Source of the DNA: Methanothermus fervidus DSM 2088
GTDB lineage: Archaea > Methanobacteriota > Methanobacteria > DSM-2088 > Methanothermaceae
Assembly: GCA_000166095.1 (NCBI GenBank)
Contig: CP002278.1
Span: 240,001 to 272,000, forward strand
Reading direction: 5' to 3'
Length of the DNA stretch: 32,000 bases
The translations under genes and the position numbers were made by a program. The notes beneath the pieces are model-generated. The model was not told the origin of the DNA and did no database searches. It saw only the letters and a program-made list of their open reading frames with translations. Below are positions 9,636-21,288 of the stretch, piece by piece (within the stretch, counting starts at the first letter, position 1; each line of letters starts with the position of its first letter).

Positions 9636-10542
9636 GTGCAGCTCTCACCATATTTTTTAATTTATTGAATGCAGACTCTCTTTTTAGGTTTCTTAATCCA
9701 CAATCAGGGTCAATGACCATGTTCTCTTTACCAATTAATTCTATACCTTTTAAAATTCTTTTTTTAATTTCTTCTACACTTTCGACTTTATTTGTTTTTG
9801 TATTTACACACCCAAATCCTATCTTTTTTCCTTTTAAATCTACATCTTCCAATATATTTAAATTTTCTTTTGTACCTGCAAATTCACAATCAATTATGTC
9901 CACATTAAATTCTAATAACTTCTCAAATATGTCAACAATTGATCCACAAACATGCAATGAAATCGGTATAGAAACTTCATCAGTTATTGTTTCTATAACT
10001 TTTTTTGCAGTTTTTATATTTACAATTCCTGTAGATAAAATTGGTTCATCTATTTGAATCATTGCTATATCTAACTTTTCTAAGAATTTTGCTTCTACTT
10101 TTAGAGCTTCAGCAATATCAAACATCAAATTTTCTTTTGATTTATAAAAACCTTCTATTTTTGATGAATAGGCAAGAGTACACGGGCCAGTAATTATACC
10201 TTTTACTTTAACATTTTTTTTGATTTTATTTTTAAGTTTAATAGCAAATTTTACATCCTCGACAGTTATAGGATTTTTTGGAGGCAGTATTTTTCCGTAT
10301 ACTATTGCACTACCATTTACAAAATCCATGCCAGGAATTTTTTTGGCAAATATTTCTATCATATTTCCTCTAACTTGGCCATCTGAAATTATATCAATAC
10401 CTGCTTTTATTTGATCAACAACAGCTAACTCAATAGCGGGTTTATATTTATCGTACATGCCAAAAATGTCCTGTATCTTTTCGATTAATGAAGTAGGACC
10501 CCTCGGATATGGAGGATAACTACCAACTACAGTTGTTAACAT
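9619..10542 (-). CDS. metE: Archaeal core MetE-like methyltransferase (methylcobalamin:homocysteine type)
   Basis: TTVVGSYP..., ITGPCTLAYSS, IQIDEPILS, LHVCGS, IGFGCVNTKTNKVE, VIDPDCGLR (zinc-ligand Cys/His pattern). Confidence 0.88.
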   Translation of the reverse strand: MLTTVVGSYPPYPRGPTSLIEKIQDIFGMYDKYKPAIELAVVDQIKAGIDIISDGQVRGNMIEIFAKKIPGMDFVNGSAIVYGKILPPKNPITVEDVKFAIKLKNKIKKNVKVKGIITGPCTLAYSSKIEGFYKSKENLMFDIAEALKVEAKFLEKLDIAMIQIDEPILSTGIVNIKTAKKVIETITDEVSIPISLHVCGSIVDIFEKLLEFNVDIIDCEFAGTKENLNILEDVDLKGKKIGFGCVNTKTNKVESVEEIKKRILKGIELIGKENMVIDPDCGLRNLKRESAFNKLKNMVRAAHAISN

Positions 10543-10841
10543 TTTCTCCCAACTTTCTTAATATTTTCTAATTCTTTTCTATCAACAGGTAATTCAATAA
10601 CAAATGTACCATAACAAGGTTTTGTATAAGGTATCATTATTCTTTTATTTTTTTCATCTATGCCTATAGGAATAGGTGGTATACCTATAAGTCTTGTTCC
10701 CAAAATTTTCTCACCAGGATTGACACATAATACCTTAGCAGCTTTTTTCTTGATAAATTCAGCACAATCTTTAAATTTTGCATTTCTTAAATGTATTTCA
10801 TGTTCTACTTCTCTTAAATATAATTCTATACATGTAGACAT
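10536..10841 (-). CDS. DUF1894-like methanogen protein
   Basis: About 101 aa from the ATG at 10841 (SD ggag); ORF track extends to 10874. Contains PCYGTFVIELPV. Confidence 0.6.
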   Translation of the reverse strand: MSTCIELYLREVEHEIHLRNAKFKDCAEFIKKKAAKVLCVNPGEKILGTRLIGIPPIPIGIDEKNKRIMIPYTKPCYGTFVIELPVDRKELENIKKVGRKC

Positions 10842-10842
10842 G

Positions 10843-11295
10843 TTACTCCATCCATTCGTCCATGAATGCATCAATTTTTTTTACTAAGGGTTTGGGGTTA
10901 TGACGGGCTCTTGCCTGAATTATTTTAGAGTTTGTATTATGTTTTATTGTTTCAACCAATTCTTTTAATTCTTTTTTATCTTCATTAAAAACAATAGACA
11001 AAGATCCAACATTTAATATTTCATTAAAAGTTATAAAATAAGTAGCAGATGCATCATTTGAAATAAAACCTATTAAATAATCCCATTTATTTTTCTCAAT
11101 TTCATGACTATCAATGTTTAACAATTTATCTATATATCTTCTCTCAGGATCTGAAATTTTTACTAAATTTAATGCTGCAGGATTTCCAGCAATGCTTACC
11201 TTACAATTTTTAATTTTTAATAAATAAGATGTATAAATTGTCAGTGGTGTTTGTATTGGATATTCAGGACATCCAAGCATAATTAATACTTTCAT
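10843..11295 (-). CDS. DUF1890-like methanogen protein
   Basis: MKVLIMLGCPEYPIQTPLTIYTSYLL...GNPAALNLVKISDPERRY; adjacent to the DUF1894-like gene, a pairing I recall from methanogens. Confidence 0.65.
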   Translation of the reverse strand: MKVLIMLGCPEYPIQTPLTIYTSYLLKIKNCKVSIAGNPAALNLVKISDPERRYIDKLLNIDSHEIEKNKWDYLIGFISNDASATYFITFNEILNVGSLSIVFNEDKKELKELVETIKHNTNSKIIQARARHNPKPLVKKIDAFMDEWME

Positions 11296-12371
11296 TTCTC
11301 ATCAACCTTTATAACTTGTCCTACTATAAGTGAACTTAAAAATATGAAAGTTAAAAGGGCTGATTCATTAATTGATCTATTTATTAAGAAAATTCCTACA
11401 AGACCTTGTGAAACAAAGGCCGTTAAAACACCTATAAGTAATATCTCTCTACCAAGATATCTTTTTATTCCACCCTCACGTTTTTTCTTATAAATTTTGA
11501 GTAGTCTTAGACCTAAGTATGTAACAGAGACAAACCATAGGAGGAAGAAAATTAATACTAAAAATCCGAAGTCATATCCCCATCCAAAGATACCTGGTAG
11601 CATATAATCTATTGTATCTTTTTCATTGACCAAAACGCCATAAAAAATTGGATAAGGTAAACCAAATTTGACTATTAATGTAATAGGTAATGTAATATAA
11701 CCATCAGCAAATCCAGAGGAAAATTCTCCCCAATAGGAAGTTGATGGATTATGACCTATTAAACCCATATTTTTAAGTACAAATTGCACACTAGGCAATG
11801 CATAATTTTCTATTCTTCCTATTCTAAGCAGAGGACTTAAAATTGGCATTTTAAATATACGTGATAACAATTCTAGGAGCATAAACATGGCTAGTGCGAT
11901 AGTTGTAAAACTTAATACTTTACGAGGAGTTATTATACTTTTTCCTCCAAATGATTTAGATATGATAAACATCCCTATAAACAATCCTAAAAACCAAAGC
12001 ACAAGAAATGATCTATGTATCATTCCACCAAAAATTGTAATACCTATTATCAATAAATAAATGAGTTCTCTAAGTTTTGAAGTTTCTATATTGAGTCTAT
12101 CCATTATTTTTAAACCAGCTAAACTTGTAATTATAACTGCAAGTGCTATAGGACCATAAGGATGTGTAAATTCATGTTGTCCAAAATATAAAATCATCAG
12201 GAGTACATCGATTCCAAACAATATTGTTAAAACTACTGCAAGAAACAGTGCTACAAGGAAGACTGTTGACAATGTTATAGGTGTTAAATTAATGAGAAAT
12301 ATTGCCCCAGCATAAAGTATGATGGCTACTTCTAAAATTAACTGAAAATGATTTTGTGCAATTAATGGCAA
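11292..12371 (-). CDS. Conserved multi-spanning membrane protein of unknown function
   Basis: 359 aa with many hydrophobic helices; TTG start preceded by gggaggtaaagc SD; overlaps the DUF1890-like start. Confidence 0.7.
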   Translation of the reverse strand: MPLIAQNHFQLILEVAIILYAGAIFLINLTPITLSTVFLVALFLAVVLTILFGIDVLLMILYFGQHEFTHPYGPIALAVIITSLAGLKIMDRLNIETSKLRELIYLLIIGITIFGGMIHRSFLVLWFLGLFIGMFIISKSFGGKSIITPRKVLSFTTIALAMFMLLELLSRIFKMPILSPLLRIGRIENYALPSVQFVLKNMGLIGHNPSTSYWGEFSSGFADGYITLPITLIVKFGLPYPIFYGVLVNEKDTIDYMLPGIFGWGYDFGFLVLIFFLLWFVSVTYLGLRLLKIYKKKREGGIKRYLGREILLIGVLTAFVSQGLVGIFLINRSINESALLTFIFLSSLIVGQVIKVDEK

Positions 12372-12437
12372 GCTTTACCTCCCTTTTTTAGTTTTTGAAT
12401 GATAAATTTTTATTTGCAAAACATTTAATTTGTGTCC

Positions 12438-12471
12438 AAATTTAAATATTTTTTGTGAAATATTTAAATTT
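12438..12471. promoter_or_regulatory. Inverted repeat AAATTTAAATATTT-tttgtg-AAATATTTAAATTT in a divergent promoter region
   Basis: Two perfect 14-nt arms with 6-nt spacer; both arms are TATA-like and face the por operon (+) and the C1 operon (-). Confidence 0.5.
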
Positions 12472-12562
12472 ATAAGCAATAGTTCATTAAAAATAATGTA
12501 AAATTAAAATTTTAAAATTGTTAAATAAAATGTAATAACGAGGCTAATTTTGGAGGTGAAGG

Positions 12563-13090
12563 ATGATCGAAATTAGATTCCATGGACGAGGAGGTCAGGG
12601 GGCTGTCACTGCTGCCGAAATTTTAGCAAAGGCTGCATTTTACGATGGTAAATATTCCCAGGCATTTCCGTTTTTTGGTGTAGAGAGGAGAGGCGCACCT
12701 GTGTTGGCTTTTGTTAGAATTGATAATAAACCCATAAGAATAAGATATCAAGTTTACAAGCCTAATTATGTGATTGTTTTAGATGATAAATTAGTTGAAA
12801 GTGTAGATGTATTTAAAGGTTTACATGAACCTGCTGTTGTGGTTATAAATTCTAAAAATGAAATTAAAAAAGAAGGTGTTAAAATTTATTCTGTAGATGC
12901 TACAAATATAGCTTTAGAAACTCTTGGCAGCCCCATAGTTAATACTGCAATGTTAGGTGCATTTGTAGGTGCAACAAAAATAATAAAACTTGATTCCCTC
13001 ATAAAAGCGATTAAAAATAGTTTTAAAGATAAAATAGGAGAAAAAAATGCTAAAGCAGCTGTAAAAGGCTATGAGAGCGTTGTAGGGTGA
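12563..13090 (+). CDS. porC: Pyruvate:ferredoxin oxidoreductase gamma subunit
   Basis: [47 protein letters not shown]; SD ggaggtga. Confidence 0.96.
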
Positions 13091-13094
13091 TTCT

Positions 13095-13337
13095 GTGAAA
13101 TTTATAGGAGTGATAGTTGATAAACCAGGAAGCACGATAAAAAATAAAACAGGTTCTTGGAGAGTGTTTAAACCAATTTTGAATAAAAAGAAGTGTATAA
13201 AATGTAACACATGTATATTGTTCTGTCCTGAAGGTTGTATAGATGAAAATCATGAAATCAACTATGATTATTGTAAAGGATGTGGAATATGTGAAGAAGA
13301 ATGTCCTGTAAATGCTATAAAAACTGTAAAGGAGTAG
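13095..13337 (+). CDS. porD: Pyruvate:ferredoxin oxidoreductase delta subunit (2x4Fe-4S)
   Basis: [15 protein letters not shown] and [16 protein letters not shown]. Confidence 0.95.
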   Translation: MKFIGVIVDKPGSTIKNKTGSWRVFKPILNKKKCIKCNTCILFCPEGCIDENHEINYDYCKGCGICEEECPVNAIKTVKE

Positions 13338-13347
13338 GAGGACAAAC

Positions 13348-14484
13348 ATGGAAATAATGACAGGAAATAAAGCTGTAGCTGAAGCTGTAAAGCTAGCAAA
13401 ACCAAAAGTAATTTCTGTGTATCCAATAACACCACAAACAACAATAGCAGAACACATTGCTGAATATGTGGCAAACGGAGAATTAGATGCAGAATATGTA
13501 AAAGTTGAATCTGAACATAGTGCAATTAGTGTGTGTGTAGGGGCATCAAGCACAGGAGTTAGAACCTTTACAGCAACTTCTTCACAAGGTTTAGCATTGA
13601 TGCATGAAATCCTATTTATAGCTGCAGGTCTTCGTACACCTATTGTTTTGGCAAATGCAAATAGATCTCTTTCAGCACCTATCAACATATGGAACGATCA
13701 CCAGGATAGCATAGCAGAAAGAGATAGTGGATGGCTACAATTTTATGTGGAAAACGCTCAAGAAGCACTTGATTTTACTTTAATTGCATATAAAGTTTCA
13801 GAAAACAAAGATGTTTTACTTCCTAGTATGGTATGTCTCGATGGCTTTATTTTAACCCATACAATGGAACCAGTCGCTGTACCATCACAAAAAGATGTTG
13901 ATAATTTCTTGCCAAGTTATAAACCAGAAGTATTTTTAGATCCCGACAATCCTGTAACTATTGGTGCAGTAGCAGATCCTAATTATTATATGGAAGCTAG
14001 ATATCAGATTGAAGTTGGAATGAAAAAATCGCTTAATGTGATACACAAGGCTAATAAAGAATTTAAAAAAATTTTTGGTCGTAAATATGGTTTTGTAGAA
14101 GAATACAGATGTGACGATGCAAAAATTGTATTGGTGGCAATGGGCTCTGTGTGTGGTACAATTAAAGAAGTTGTAGATAAAATGCGTGAAAAAGGCGAGA
14201 AAGTAGGATTACTTAAAGTGATTGTTTATAGGCCATTCCCAGTGAAAGAAATAGAAAAGGTTCTGAACGATGTTGATAAGATAGGAGTAATTGATAAAAA
14301 TGTAACTTTCAGTATGGGAGGTGCTCTATACACAGATCTCAAATCTAAACTTTCTGATAAAGAAATATATGGATTTATAGCTGGACTAGGTGGTAGAGAT
14401 ATTACTCCAAATAATATTAAAGAAATAATTGAAAAAACCAAGAATCCAAGAGAAGATGTAACATGGATAGGATTAAAGAGGTGA
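13348..14484 (+). CDS. porA: Pyruvate:ferredoxin oxidoreductase alpha subunit
   Basis: [54 protein letters not shown]. Confidence 0.96.
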   Translation: MEIMTGNKAVAEAVKLAKPKVISVYPITPQTTIAEHIAEYVANGELDAEYVKVESEHSAISVCVGASSTGVRTFTATSSQGLALMHEILFIAAGLRTPIVLANANRSLSAPINIWNDHQDSIAERDSGWLQFYVENAQEALDFTLIAYKVSENKDVLLPSMVCLDGFILTHTMEPVAVPSQKDVDNFLPSYKPEVFLDPDNPVTIGAVADPNYYMEARYQIEVGMKKSLNVIHKANKEFKKIFGRKYGFVEEYRCDDAKIVLVAMGSVCGTIKEVVDKMREKGEKVGLLKVIVYRPFPVKEIEKVLNDVDKIGVIDKNVTFSMGGALYTDLKSKLSDKEIYGFIAGLGGRDITPNNIKEIIEKTKNPREDVTWIGLKR

Positions 14485-14488
14485 AAAC

Positions 14489-15349
14489 ATGAATGAAAAA
14501 GAATTGTTGGCACCAGGACATAGAGGATGTGCAGGTTGCGGTGCCGCCATTGGTGTCAAATTAGCTTTGAGAGTATTAGGCAAAAATACCATTGCTGTTA
14601 CTCCTACAGGTTGTTTAGAAGTCATGACATCCCCATACCCTGAAACAGCATGGAGAATACCATGGATTCACGTTGCATTTGAAAATGCAGCCGCAGTAGC
14701 TGCAGGAGTTGAAAGTGCATTGAAGGCCAAAGGTAAAGATGACATTAATGTTGTAGTTTTTGCAGGAGACGGTGGGACAGTTGATATTGGAATGCAGGCA
14801 TTGTCAGGAGCAATGGAAAGAGGTCATAATATAATTTACGTTTGTTATGATAACGAAGCTTATATGAACACCGGTATACAAAGAAGTGGTGCAACGCCTT
14901 TTGGGGCATCTACTACTACAACGCCACCTGGAAAAAAAAGTTTTGGTGAAAATAAACAAAAAAAGAATATGGCATTAATAATGGCAGCACATGAGATACC
15001 TTATGTAGCTACAGCTTCTATATCTTATCCTGAAGATTATATGAGAAAAGTAAAAAAGGCTATGGAGATAGATAGGCCATCATATATTCACTTGCATCAA
15101 CCATGTACAACTGGTTGGAGATTTCCACCTTCAAAAACTATAGAAGTTGGAAGATTAGCAGTGGAAAGTGGAGCATGGTTGTTATATGAAATAGAAAATG
15201 GTGAATTTAGGATAACTTACAGACCAGTGGAAAGACGGCCGGTTAAAGAATATTTGAAGATGCAGGGAAGATTTAAACATTTAACAGATGAAGAGATACA
15301 AAAAATCCAAGATTACATCGATGAAGTTTGTTCTAAGTTAAGAATATGA
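14489..15349 (+). CDS. porB: Pyruvate:ferredoxin oxidoreductase beta subunit (TPP binding)
   Basis: [24 protein letters not shown]; [46 protein letters not shown]. Confidence 0.96.
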   Translation: MNEKELLAPGHRGCAGCGAAIGVKLALRVLGKNTIAVTPTGCLEVMTSPYPETAWRIPWIHVAFENAAAVAAGVESALKAKGKDDINVVVFAGDGGTVDIGMQALSGAMERGHNIIYVCYDNEAYMNTGIQRSGATPFGASTTTTPPGKKSFGENKQKKNMALIMAAHEIPYVATASISYPEDYMRKVKKAMEIDRPSYIHLHQPCTTGWRFPPSKTIEVGRLAVESGAWLLYEIENGEFRITYRPVERRPVKEYLKMQGRFKHLTDEEIQKIQDYIDEVCSKLRI

Positions 15350-15371
15350 TATGAGAAGGATGTGATATAAA

Positions 15372-15866
15372 TTGAAGAGAATAGTTATTAAGCCCGAACT
15401 TTGTAAAGGTTGCAGTATGTGTATGAGAGCTTGTATGAAAGTGCAACATGCACCAAACATATCTGTTAAAAAAATTGATGGAGAATTTAGAATTGTAGTA
15501 TGTCATCATTGTAAGAATGCACCATGTGTTGAAGCTTGTCCAACAGGAGCAATGAAAATAAATTACGTAGACACAGATAAGTGTATTGGTTGTGGTTCCT
15601 GTGCATTGGAATGTCCTTTTGGTGCAATATCCATAAAGAACAATGTAGCCCACAAATGTAATTTATGTGATAATTTAGATTATCCAGCTTGTGTTCGAGC
15701 ATGTCCAACTAAAGCTTTAACATTGATAGACGTAGAAAAATTCATAAAACGTAAAAAAGAAGAATATTTAAATAAAATAAAAAAAGTAGGGAGCTATACA
15801 ATTTTGGATGTTTTAAAATTTGAAGTTAAGGCTAAGAAAAATCTTGAATCTTCGGAGGCAAAATAA
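15372..15866 (+). CDS. porE: PorE-type ferredoxin-like protein
   Basis: Multiple CxxCxxCxxxC clusters; directly downstream of porB. Confidence 0.85.
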   Translation: MKRIVIKPELCKGCSMCMRACMKVQHAPNISVKKIDGEFRIVVCHHCKNAPCVEACPTGAMKINYVDTDKCIGCGSCALECPFGAISIKNNVAHKCNLCDNLDYPACVRACPTKALTLIDVEKFIKRKKEEYLNKIKKVGSYTILDVLKFEVKAKKNLESSEAK

Positions 15867-16253
15867 TTGAAGTTGATATCAGTTCCCAAACTTTGTGTAA
15901 ATTGCAAAAAATGTGAAAGAATATGTCCCAAAAATGCAATTTGGGTTATATATAAAGTTCCTATTTTTTGTTTACATTGTGATCCTAAGAATGCTCCATG
16001 TCTAAACATTTGTCCAAGTGACGCAATAAAAAGTATTAATGATGCAATAGTAATTGATAGAGATAAATGTATAGGTTGTGGTTCCTGTGTTAATGTCTGC
16101 CCAGTTGGGGCAATATTTCTAGATGAAAGAGGCCTTGCAGAAAAATGTGATTTATGTATAGATTTTGAGGAGCCTTTATGTGTTAAAGTTTGTCCAACAG
16201 GTTGTCTTCGTGAAAATTTCAGTGATGAAGATGATATCCCAAAAAACGATTGA
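15867..16253 (+). CDS. porF: PorF-type ferredoxin-like protein
   Basis: TTG start immediately after the porE stop; [28 protein letters not shown]. Confidence 0.85.
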   Translation: MKLISVPKLCVNCKKCERICPKNAIWVIYKVPIFCLHCDPKNAPCLNICPSDAIKSINDAIVIDRDKCIGCGSCVNVCPVGAIFLDERGLAEKCDLCIDFEEPLCVKVCPTGCLRENFSDEDDIPKND

Positions 16254-17064
16254 AGAAACCGTTGTAAAATTATTTAAAAAAGCCGTAACTACATTACCGG
16301 AAGACGTGGTTTCTGCGCTAAAACGTGCATATGAAAATGAAAATAATAAAATAGCACGTTATAATCTTAAAGCAATACTTGAAAATATAGAAATAGCAAG
16401 GAAGAAAAAGATACCTATTTGTCAAGATACCGGATTACCTATAGTTTATGTCAAATTAGGTAATGTTGAAGTTGAAAATCTTTATGAAAGTATAAGAAAT
16501 GGTGTTAAAAAAGCGACAAAAGAAATTCCATTAAGGCCAAATGTAGTAAATCCTTTCACAAGGAAAAATACAGGGACTAATGTTGGATATAGAATTCCAG
16601 AGATAGAATTAGAATTAATTGATGAAGATTATTTAGAAATCACAGTTTTACCAAAAGGCTTTGGATCTGAGAATAATAGTGCATTAAAAATGCTTTCACC
16701 AAATGAACAAGATAAAATAAAGGATTTTGTTTTAGAAACTGTTATTTCTGCAAATGGAAAACCTTGTCCGCCAATTATAGTAGGAGTTGGAATAGGAGGA
16801 TCAGCAGATTATGCCATGAAACTTGCCAAAAAATCACTTTTACGAAGAATTGGTGAAAAACATGAAGATAACGTTGTTAAAAAAATGGAAGAAGAATTAT
16901 TAAATATAATAAATAAAACAGGGATCGGACCAATGGGGCTTGGAGGCAATACAACTGCATTAGATGTCAAGATAGAATATGCTGACACTCATACAGCCGG
17001 TTTACCAGTTGGTGTTTGTATCCAATGTTGGGCTGCAAGACATGCAACTGCTATTATAGATTAA
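16231..17064 (+). CDS. Class I fumarate hydratase alpha subunit
   Basis: [19 protein letters not shown]; [19 protein letters not shown]; [43 protein letters not shown] at 16231 is preferred over the listed 16165. Confidence 0.92.
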   Translation: MISQKTIEETVVKLFKKAVTTLPEDVVSALKRAYENENNKIARYNLKAILENIEIARKKKIPICQDTGLPIVYVKLGNVEVENLYESIRNGVKKATKEIPLRPNVVNPFTRKNTGTNVGYRIPEIELELIDEDYLEITVLPKGFGSENNSALKMLSPNEQDKIKDFVLETVISANGKPCPPIIVGVGIGGSADYAMKLAKKSLLRRIGEKHEDNVVKKMEEELLNIINKTGIGPMGLGGNTTALDVKIEYADTHTAGLPVGVCIQCWAARHATAIID

Positions 17065-17753
17065 GCACTTTCTTCTCTCTCTGCTCTTTTTCCGCGCACC
17101 ATAAACACAGTTCTGTGACCTATACTTACAGCTTGATCTGCAATCCTCTCCAAATATCTTGCTATTAATATTAACCTTAACAGACAATATATTGATTCTT
17201 TATTTTTAACTTTACTTATACTCTCTGCAATATGTTCTAATGATTTATCAAATAAATCATCTACTTTGTCGTCATCTTTGTCTAATTCCTCAGCCATTTC
17301 AGAATTTTGATCTAAAAATGAGTAAATAGCTTTAGATAACATCATTTCAGTGTAATCAGCCATATGTAATATGTCTTCTCTTATTTTTTTTGGTATTTTC
17401 TTTTCCTTTCCTTTCATTTCTGCTACTGCCTCTGCAATATCTGCTGATAAATAACCCACTCTTTTTAAATGGGTTCCTATTTTTATACAAGATTCTATAA
17501 AACGTAAATCACTTGCTAACGGTTGTTCAGTAGCTATCAAATTTATACATGCTTTTTCAACACCATACAATATATCATCCATTCTTTCGCTACTTTCTAT
17601 TATTTTTTCGGCAGTTTTTTCATTTTTCCCTTGTAAAACTTTTATAGCATTTCTATATATATCTAATGTTTTTTGAGAAGCTTTTTCTACATTATTTTTT
17701 ATATCTTTTATTTTTTCACGAAAAGAAATACGCGGATACTTTTTTTCTGCCAT
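17061..17753 (-). CDS. phoU: Phosphate uptake regulator PhoU
   Basis: Two PhoU helical repeats; last gene of the pst operon; SD ggagga. Confidence 0.9.
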   Translation of the reverse strand: MAEKKYPRISFREKIKDIKNNVEKASQKTLDIYRNAIKVLQGKNEKTAEKIIESSERMDDILYGVEKACINLIATEQPLASDLRFIESCIKIGTHLKRVGYLSADIAEAVAEMKGKEKKIPKKIREDILHMADYTEMMLSKAIYSFLDQNSEMAEELDKDDDKVDDLFDKSLEHIAESISKVKNKESIYCLLRLILIARYLERIADQAVSIGHRTVFMVRGKRAEREESA

Positions 17754-17782
17754 ACTACTCCTCCAAATTTTTACAAATTAAT

Positions 17783-18535
17783 TCATCCAAATCGTCCCGT
17801 AATATATGCTTCAGTTCTTTTATCTTGAGGAGATACAAACAATTTTTCCGTTGGACCATATTCAACTAATTCTCCATTAAGAAAGAAAGCAGCATATTCT
17901 GAAACTCTTGTAGCTTGCTGTAAGTTATGTGTCACAATTATAATTGTATAATCTTTTTTTAACTTATGTATCAAATCTTCAATTTTCGTGGTTGAAATAG
18001 GATCAAGTGCTGAACATGGTTCGTCCATCATTATAACCTCTGGCTCAACAGCAAGTGTCCTCGCAATACATAACCTCTGTTGCTGACCACCTGACAAACT
18101 AAATGCAGATTGATCTAACCTATCCTTTACTTCATCCCATAATGCAGCTGCTTTTAAACTTTCCTCTACTTTTTTTCTAATAATTTCTTCATCAGTTACT
18201 CCATGAATTCTTAAGCCATATGCTACATTTTCATATATTGATTTAGGAAATGGATTTGGCTTTTGAAAAACCATGCCTATTTTTTTTCGTAATTCAACAA
18301 CGTCAACGTCAGGGTCATAAATATCTTTTCCATCAAAATAAACTTTTCCTTCATGTCTAAAATTTGGAATAACATCGTTCATTCTATTTAAAGTTCTTAT
18401 AAATGTAGATTTACCACAACCAGATGGGCCAATAATTGCAGTTACTGTGTTTGCTTTTATTTTTATATTGATATCTTTTAAAATATGATCTTCTCCAAAA
18501 TAAACATTTAGGTCCTCTGTTTCTATCCTGTACAT
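17783..18535 (-). CDS. pstB: Phosphate ABC transporter ATP-binding protein
   Basis: [19 protein letters not shown]; [42 protein letters not shown]. Confidence 0.98.
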   Translation of the reverse strand: MYRIETEDLNVYFGEDHILKDINIKIKANTVTAIIGPSGCGKSTFIRTLNRMNDVIPNFRHEGKVYFDGKDIYDPDVDVVELRKKIGMVFQKPNPFPKSIYENVAYGLRIHGVTDEEIIRKKVEESLKAAALWDEVKDRLDQSAFSLSGGQQQRLCIARTLAVEPEVIMMDEPCSALDPISTTKIEDLIHKLKKDYTIIIVTHNLQQATRVSEYAAFFLNGELVEYGPTEKLFVSPQDKRTEAYITGRFG

Positions 18536-18536
18536 G

Positions 18537-19391
18537 TTATCTCCCCATCATTTTTTCTCTATGTTTTTCAATTAGAATATTCGTTGTTATAGTTATTAAT
18601 AACACAAGAATTACTAAAACCGCTGCGGTTCCATAAGCATTTTTTAATGAAATACCTTCTACTGCAAGCAAATATAAATGAAGTGGTAAGGGTCTACCAG
18701 GGTCAAAAATTGTGTATGGCATGTCTGTTGCAGATCCAACAACGAACATTACAGCAGCAGCTTCCTCTAATGCACGTGCCATTCCAAGAATAACTCCTGT
18801 AGCTATTCCTGGAGCAGCAGCTGGTAACACAACCTTGTAAATCGTTTGCCACTTTGTTGCCCCTAGAGCCAAACTAGCTTCGCGATATGATTCTGGTACA
18901 GCTTTAATAGATGATTCTGCAGTATATAATATTGTAGGAAGTGCCATCAACGCTAATACCAATCCTCCTGATAATAATGAAAATCCTAAACCACAAAAAA
19001 CGACAAAAAATGCTAAGCCAAATAAACCATAGACTATTGAAGGTATTGCAGCTAATGTTTGAGTTGTAAAACGTATGACTTTAATTAAACTTGTTTCTGC
19101 TGCATATTCTGCTAAATATATTGCTGCTCCCACACCTAAGGGCGTTGCAACTATGATTGCAGTCAGTGTTACATATATACTGGACACTATCATTGGAGCA
19201 ATGCCGCCAGCTCTTCCAGCCTCAATAGGACTTTCCGTTAAAAATTGTAAATTTATAACTGGTAATCCATTAATGAGTATGTAACCTATTATTATTATTA
19301 AAATAATTATTGTAAGGATTCCTGAAGCCCATAAAATGGAATTCATGATTTTCTGGACAATTTGTGGGGATACAAATCTTCTTTTGATCAT
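18537..19391 (-). CDS. pstA: Phosphate ABC transporter permease PstA
   Basis: Multi-TM with [38 protein letters not shown]. Confidence 0.95.
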   Translation of the reverse strand: MIKRRFVSPQIVQKIMNSILWASGILTIIILIIIIGYILINGLPVINLQFLTESPIEAGRAGGIAPMIVSSIYVTLTAIIVATPLGVGAAIYLAEYAAETSLIKVIRFTTQTLAAIPSIVYGLFGLAFFVVFCGLGFSLLSGGLVLALMALPTILYTAESSIKAVPESYREASLALGATKWQTIYKVVLPAAAPGIATGVILGMARALEEAAAVMFVVGSATDMPYTIFDPGRPLPLHLYLLAVEGISLKNAYGTAAVLVILVLLITITTNILIEKHREKMMGR

Positions 19392-20267
19392 TTATAGATA
19401 CCCTCCTCCAATTCTCACTCTGGTTTTGTGTTGGAAATAATTGGCTATAAGTAGTAAAATCAATGTAAAGATAAATAAAACAACTGCTGTACCAAATAAT
19501 GCACTGTAATGTAGTCCTGTTGCATATCCCATCTCAAGAGCTATATTTGATGTTAAAGCTCTTATTGGATCTAAGATTGAATGAGGTATTTGTGGTACAT
19601 TACCAGCTACCATTATGACAGCTAATGTTTCTCCAATAGCTCGTGCCATTCCTAATATTATTCCGACCACTATTCCAGGAAATGCGGCAGGTAATATCAC
19701 ATTTTTTATAGTTTGCCAATGTGTTGCACCTAAAGCCAATGATGCTTCTTTATATTCTAATGGTACAGAACGTATTGCATCATGAGAAATACTGATAATT
19801 GTAGGCATGATCATTATTGTCAAAATCAGAGAAGCTGTGAATAATCCAAATCCTGTTCCACCCAAATGTGTTCTAATAAATGGAACTAACAATATTAATC
19901 CAAAGAAACCATATACAACTGAAGGAATGCCTGCTAAAGTTTCAATCACTGGTTTTAAAATTTTTCTCATTGTTGAGGGAGCTAATTCTGCAATAAAAAT
20001 TGCACATAATACTGAAAAAGGTGTAGCTATGAGAAGTGTTAAGAGTGTTAAAGCTAGAGAACCAACTATAAGTGGAATCATTCCAAATTGAGGAGGAGTC
20101 CCTGTTGGATTCCATTTAGTACCTAAAATAAAATTAATTACACCATATTCTGTAAATACAGGTATACTTTCCTTAAAAATGAAAATTATGACTAAAAAAA
20201 GTATTATTATTGTGGAAAGAGCTGTGAGAAGTAATATTCTTTTAACAAATAATTCTTCATCTTTCAT
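19392..20267 (-). CDS. pstC: Phosphate ABC transporter permease PstC
   Basis: Multi-TM with [47 protein letters not shown]. Confidence 0.95.
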   Translation of the reverse strand: MKDEELFVKRILLLTALSTIIILFLVIIFIFKESIPVFTEYGVINFILGTKWNPTGTPPQFGMIPLIVGSLALTLLTLLIATPFSVLCAIFIAELAPSTMRKILKPVIETLAGIPSVVYGFFGLILLVPFIRTHLGGTGFGLFTASLILTIMIMPTIISISHDAIRSVPLEYKEASLALGATHWQTIKNVILPAAFPGIVVGIILGMARAIGETLAVIMVAGNVPQIPHSILDPIRALTSNIALEMGYATGLHYSALFGTAVVLFIFTLILLLIANYFQHKTRVRIGGGYL

Positions 20268-20368
20268 GGATATCCTCCAATTAAGTTTTTTTGATATTTA
20301 TTTACTTCCCATTTTTACTATTAATAATTTATGGCTTAAAAAAAGAAAAAAATAGTACTTAAAAATGA

Positions 20369-21220
20369 TTATCTAAGTTTAGAGTTGTCATATTTCTGTA
20401 CAATAGTTGGAGGACATTGATTTACTGGAACAACTTTCTCTGATTTGATTATTGCTTGTCCTTCGGGACTTAGAACAAATTTTAGGAAATCTTTCACAAT
20501 GTCTTTTGGTTCTCCTTTCACTAACATTAAGAATGGTCTAGCTATTGGATAACTTCCATCAGCTACAGTTTTTTCACTGGGGGGTACTCCATCAACACTT
20601 ATACCTTTGACACTTTCATCAAGGTGTGCAAGAGATATATATCCTATTGCATTTGGATCATTTTTAACAGCTTGTTTTACAGCCTCTGTTGAACTTTGTA
20701 CTATTGCATCTCCTCTTATTTTTTCGTTTTTCATCACTACTTCTTCAAATGATTTTCTGGTTCCAGAACCTGCTTCTCTTGTAATAACATTGATTTTTGC
20801 ATCTGGTCCTCCTACTTCTTTCCAATTTCGTATTTTACCACTGAATATATCTCTTATCTGACTTTTACTTAAATCATTGATAGGGTTGTTTTTATTGACA
20901 ATAATCGCAATTCCATCCCTACCAATCAGGTATACACTCAAACCTTGCCTCTCATCAGGTTTTAAATCCTTTGAGCTAGTTCCAATATCTATAGTCCCCT
21001 GCTTTGCCTGTGTTATTCCAACACTTGATCCTCCTCCTTGCACATTGATCTTAACGTTTGGATGTTTTTTTGTATATGCTTGGGCTAATTTTTCTGCTAC
21101 TGGTTGTACAGATGTTGAACCTGCTATTTGTATTCTGCTCTTTTTTTGCCCTGTTGCTAAGAATATAGCGCCAATTATTATTATTGCTGCTATTATTCCA
21201 ATTACAACTTTTTTGCTCAT
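20369..21220 (-). CDS. pstS: Phosphate-binding protein PstS
   Basis: [34 protein letters not shown]. The ATG at 21220 has SD aggtga; ORF track start at 21283 is too long. Confidence 0.95.
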   Translation of the reverse strand: MSKKVVIGIIAAIIIIGAIFLATGQKKSRIQIAGSTSVQPVAEKLAQAYTKKHPNVKINVQGGGSSVGITQAKQGTIDIGTSSKDLKPDERQGLSVYLIGRDGIAIIVNKNNPINDLSKSQIRDIFSGKIRNWKEVGGPDAKINVITREAGSGTRKSFEEVVMKNEKIRGDAIVQSSTEAVKQAVKNDPNAIGYISLAHLDESVKGISVDGVPPSEKTVADGSYPIARPFLMLVKGEPKDIVKDFLKFVLSPEGQAIIKSEKVVPVNQCPPTIVQKYDNSKLR

Positions 21221-21254
21221 TTTTTTCACCTCACATAATTTTCGTTGGCAAATG

Positions 21255-21269
21255 AAATATATAACTTTT
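21255..21269 (-). promoter_or_regulatory. Candidate BRE/TATA of the pst operon (aaaagttatatattt)
   Basis: Minus-strand TATA-like element about 40 nt upstream of the pstS ATG. Confidence 0.5.
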
Positions 21270-21288
21270 ATTATTTTTAGCACTTTAA

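Noticed and set aside
13050-13688. 212-aa minus-strand ORF opposite porD/porA
   Set aside because: Antisense to unambiguous PorD/PorA coding sequence; composition rich in Ser/Thr/Phe/Cys typical of shadow ORFs.
15333-15653. 106-aa minus-strand ORF opposite porE (and 15487-15708)
   Set aside because: Reverse-complement of Cys-rich ferredoxin codons; no independent support.
20300-20360. T-rich tract between pstS and pstC (minus strand) as a terminator
   Set aside because: Plausible archaeal oligo-T attenuation favouring pstS, but AT-rich background makes it indistinguishable without 3'-end data.
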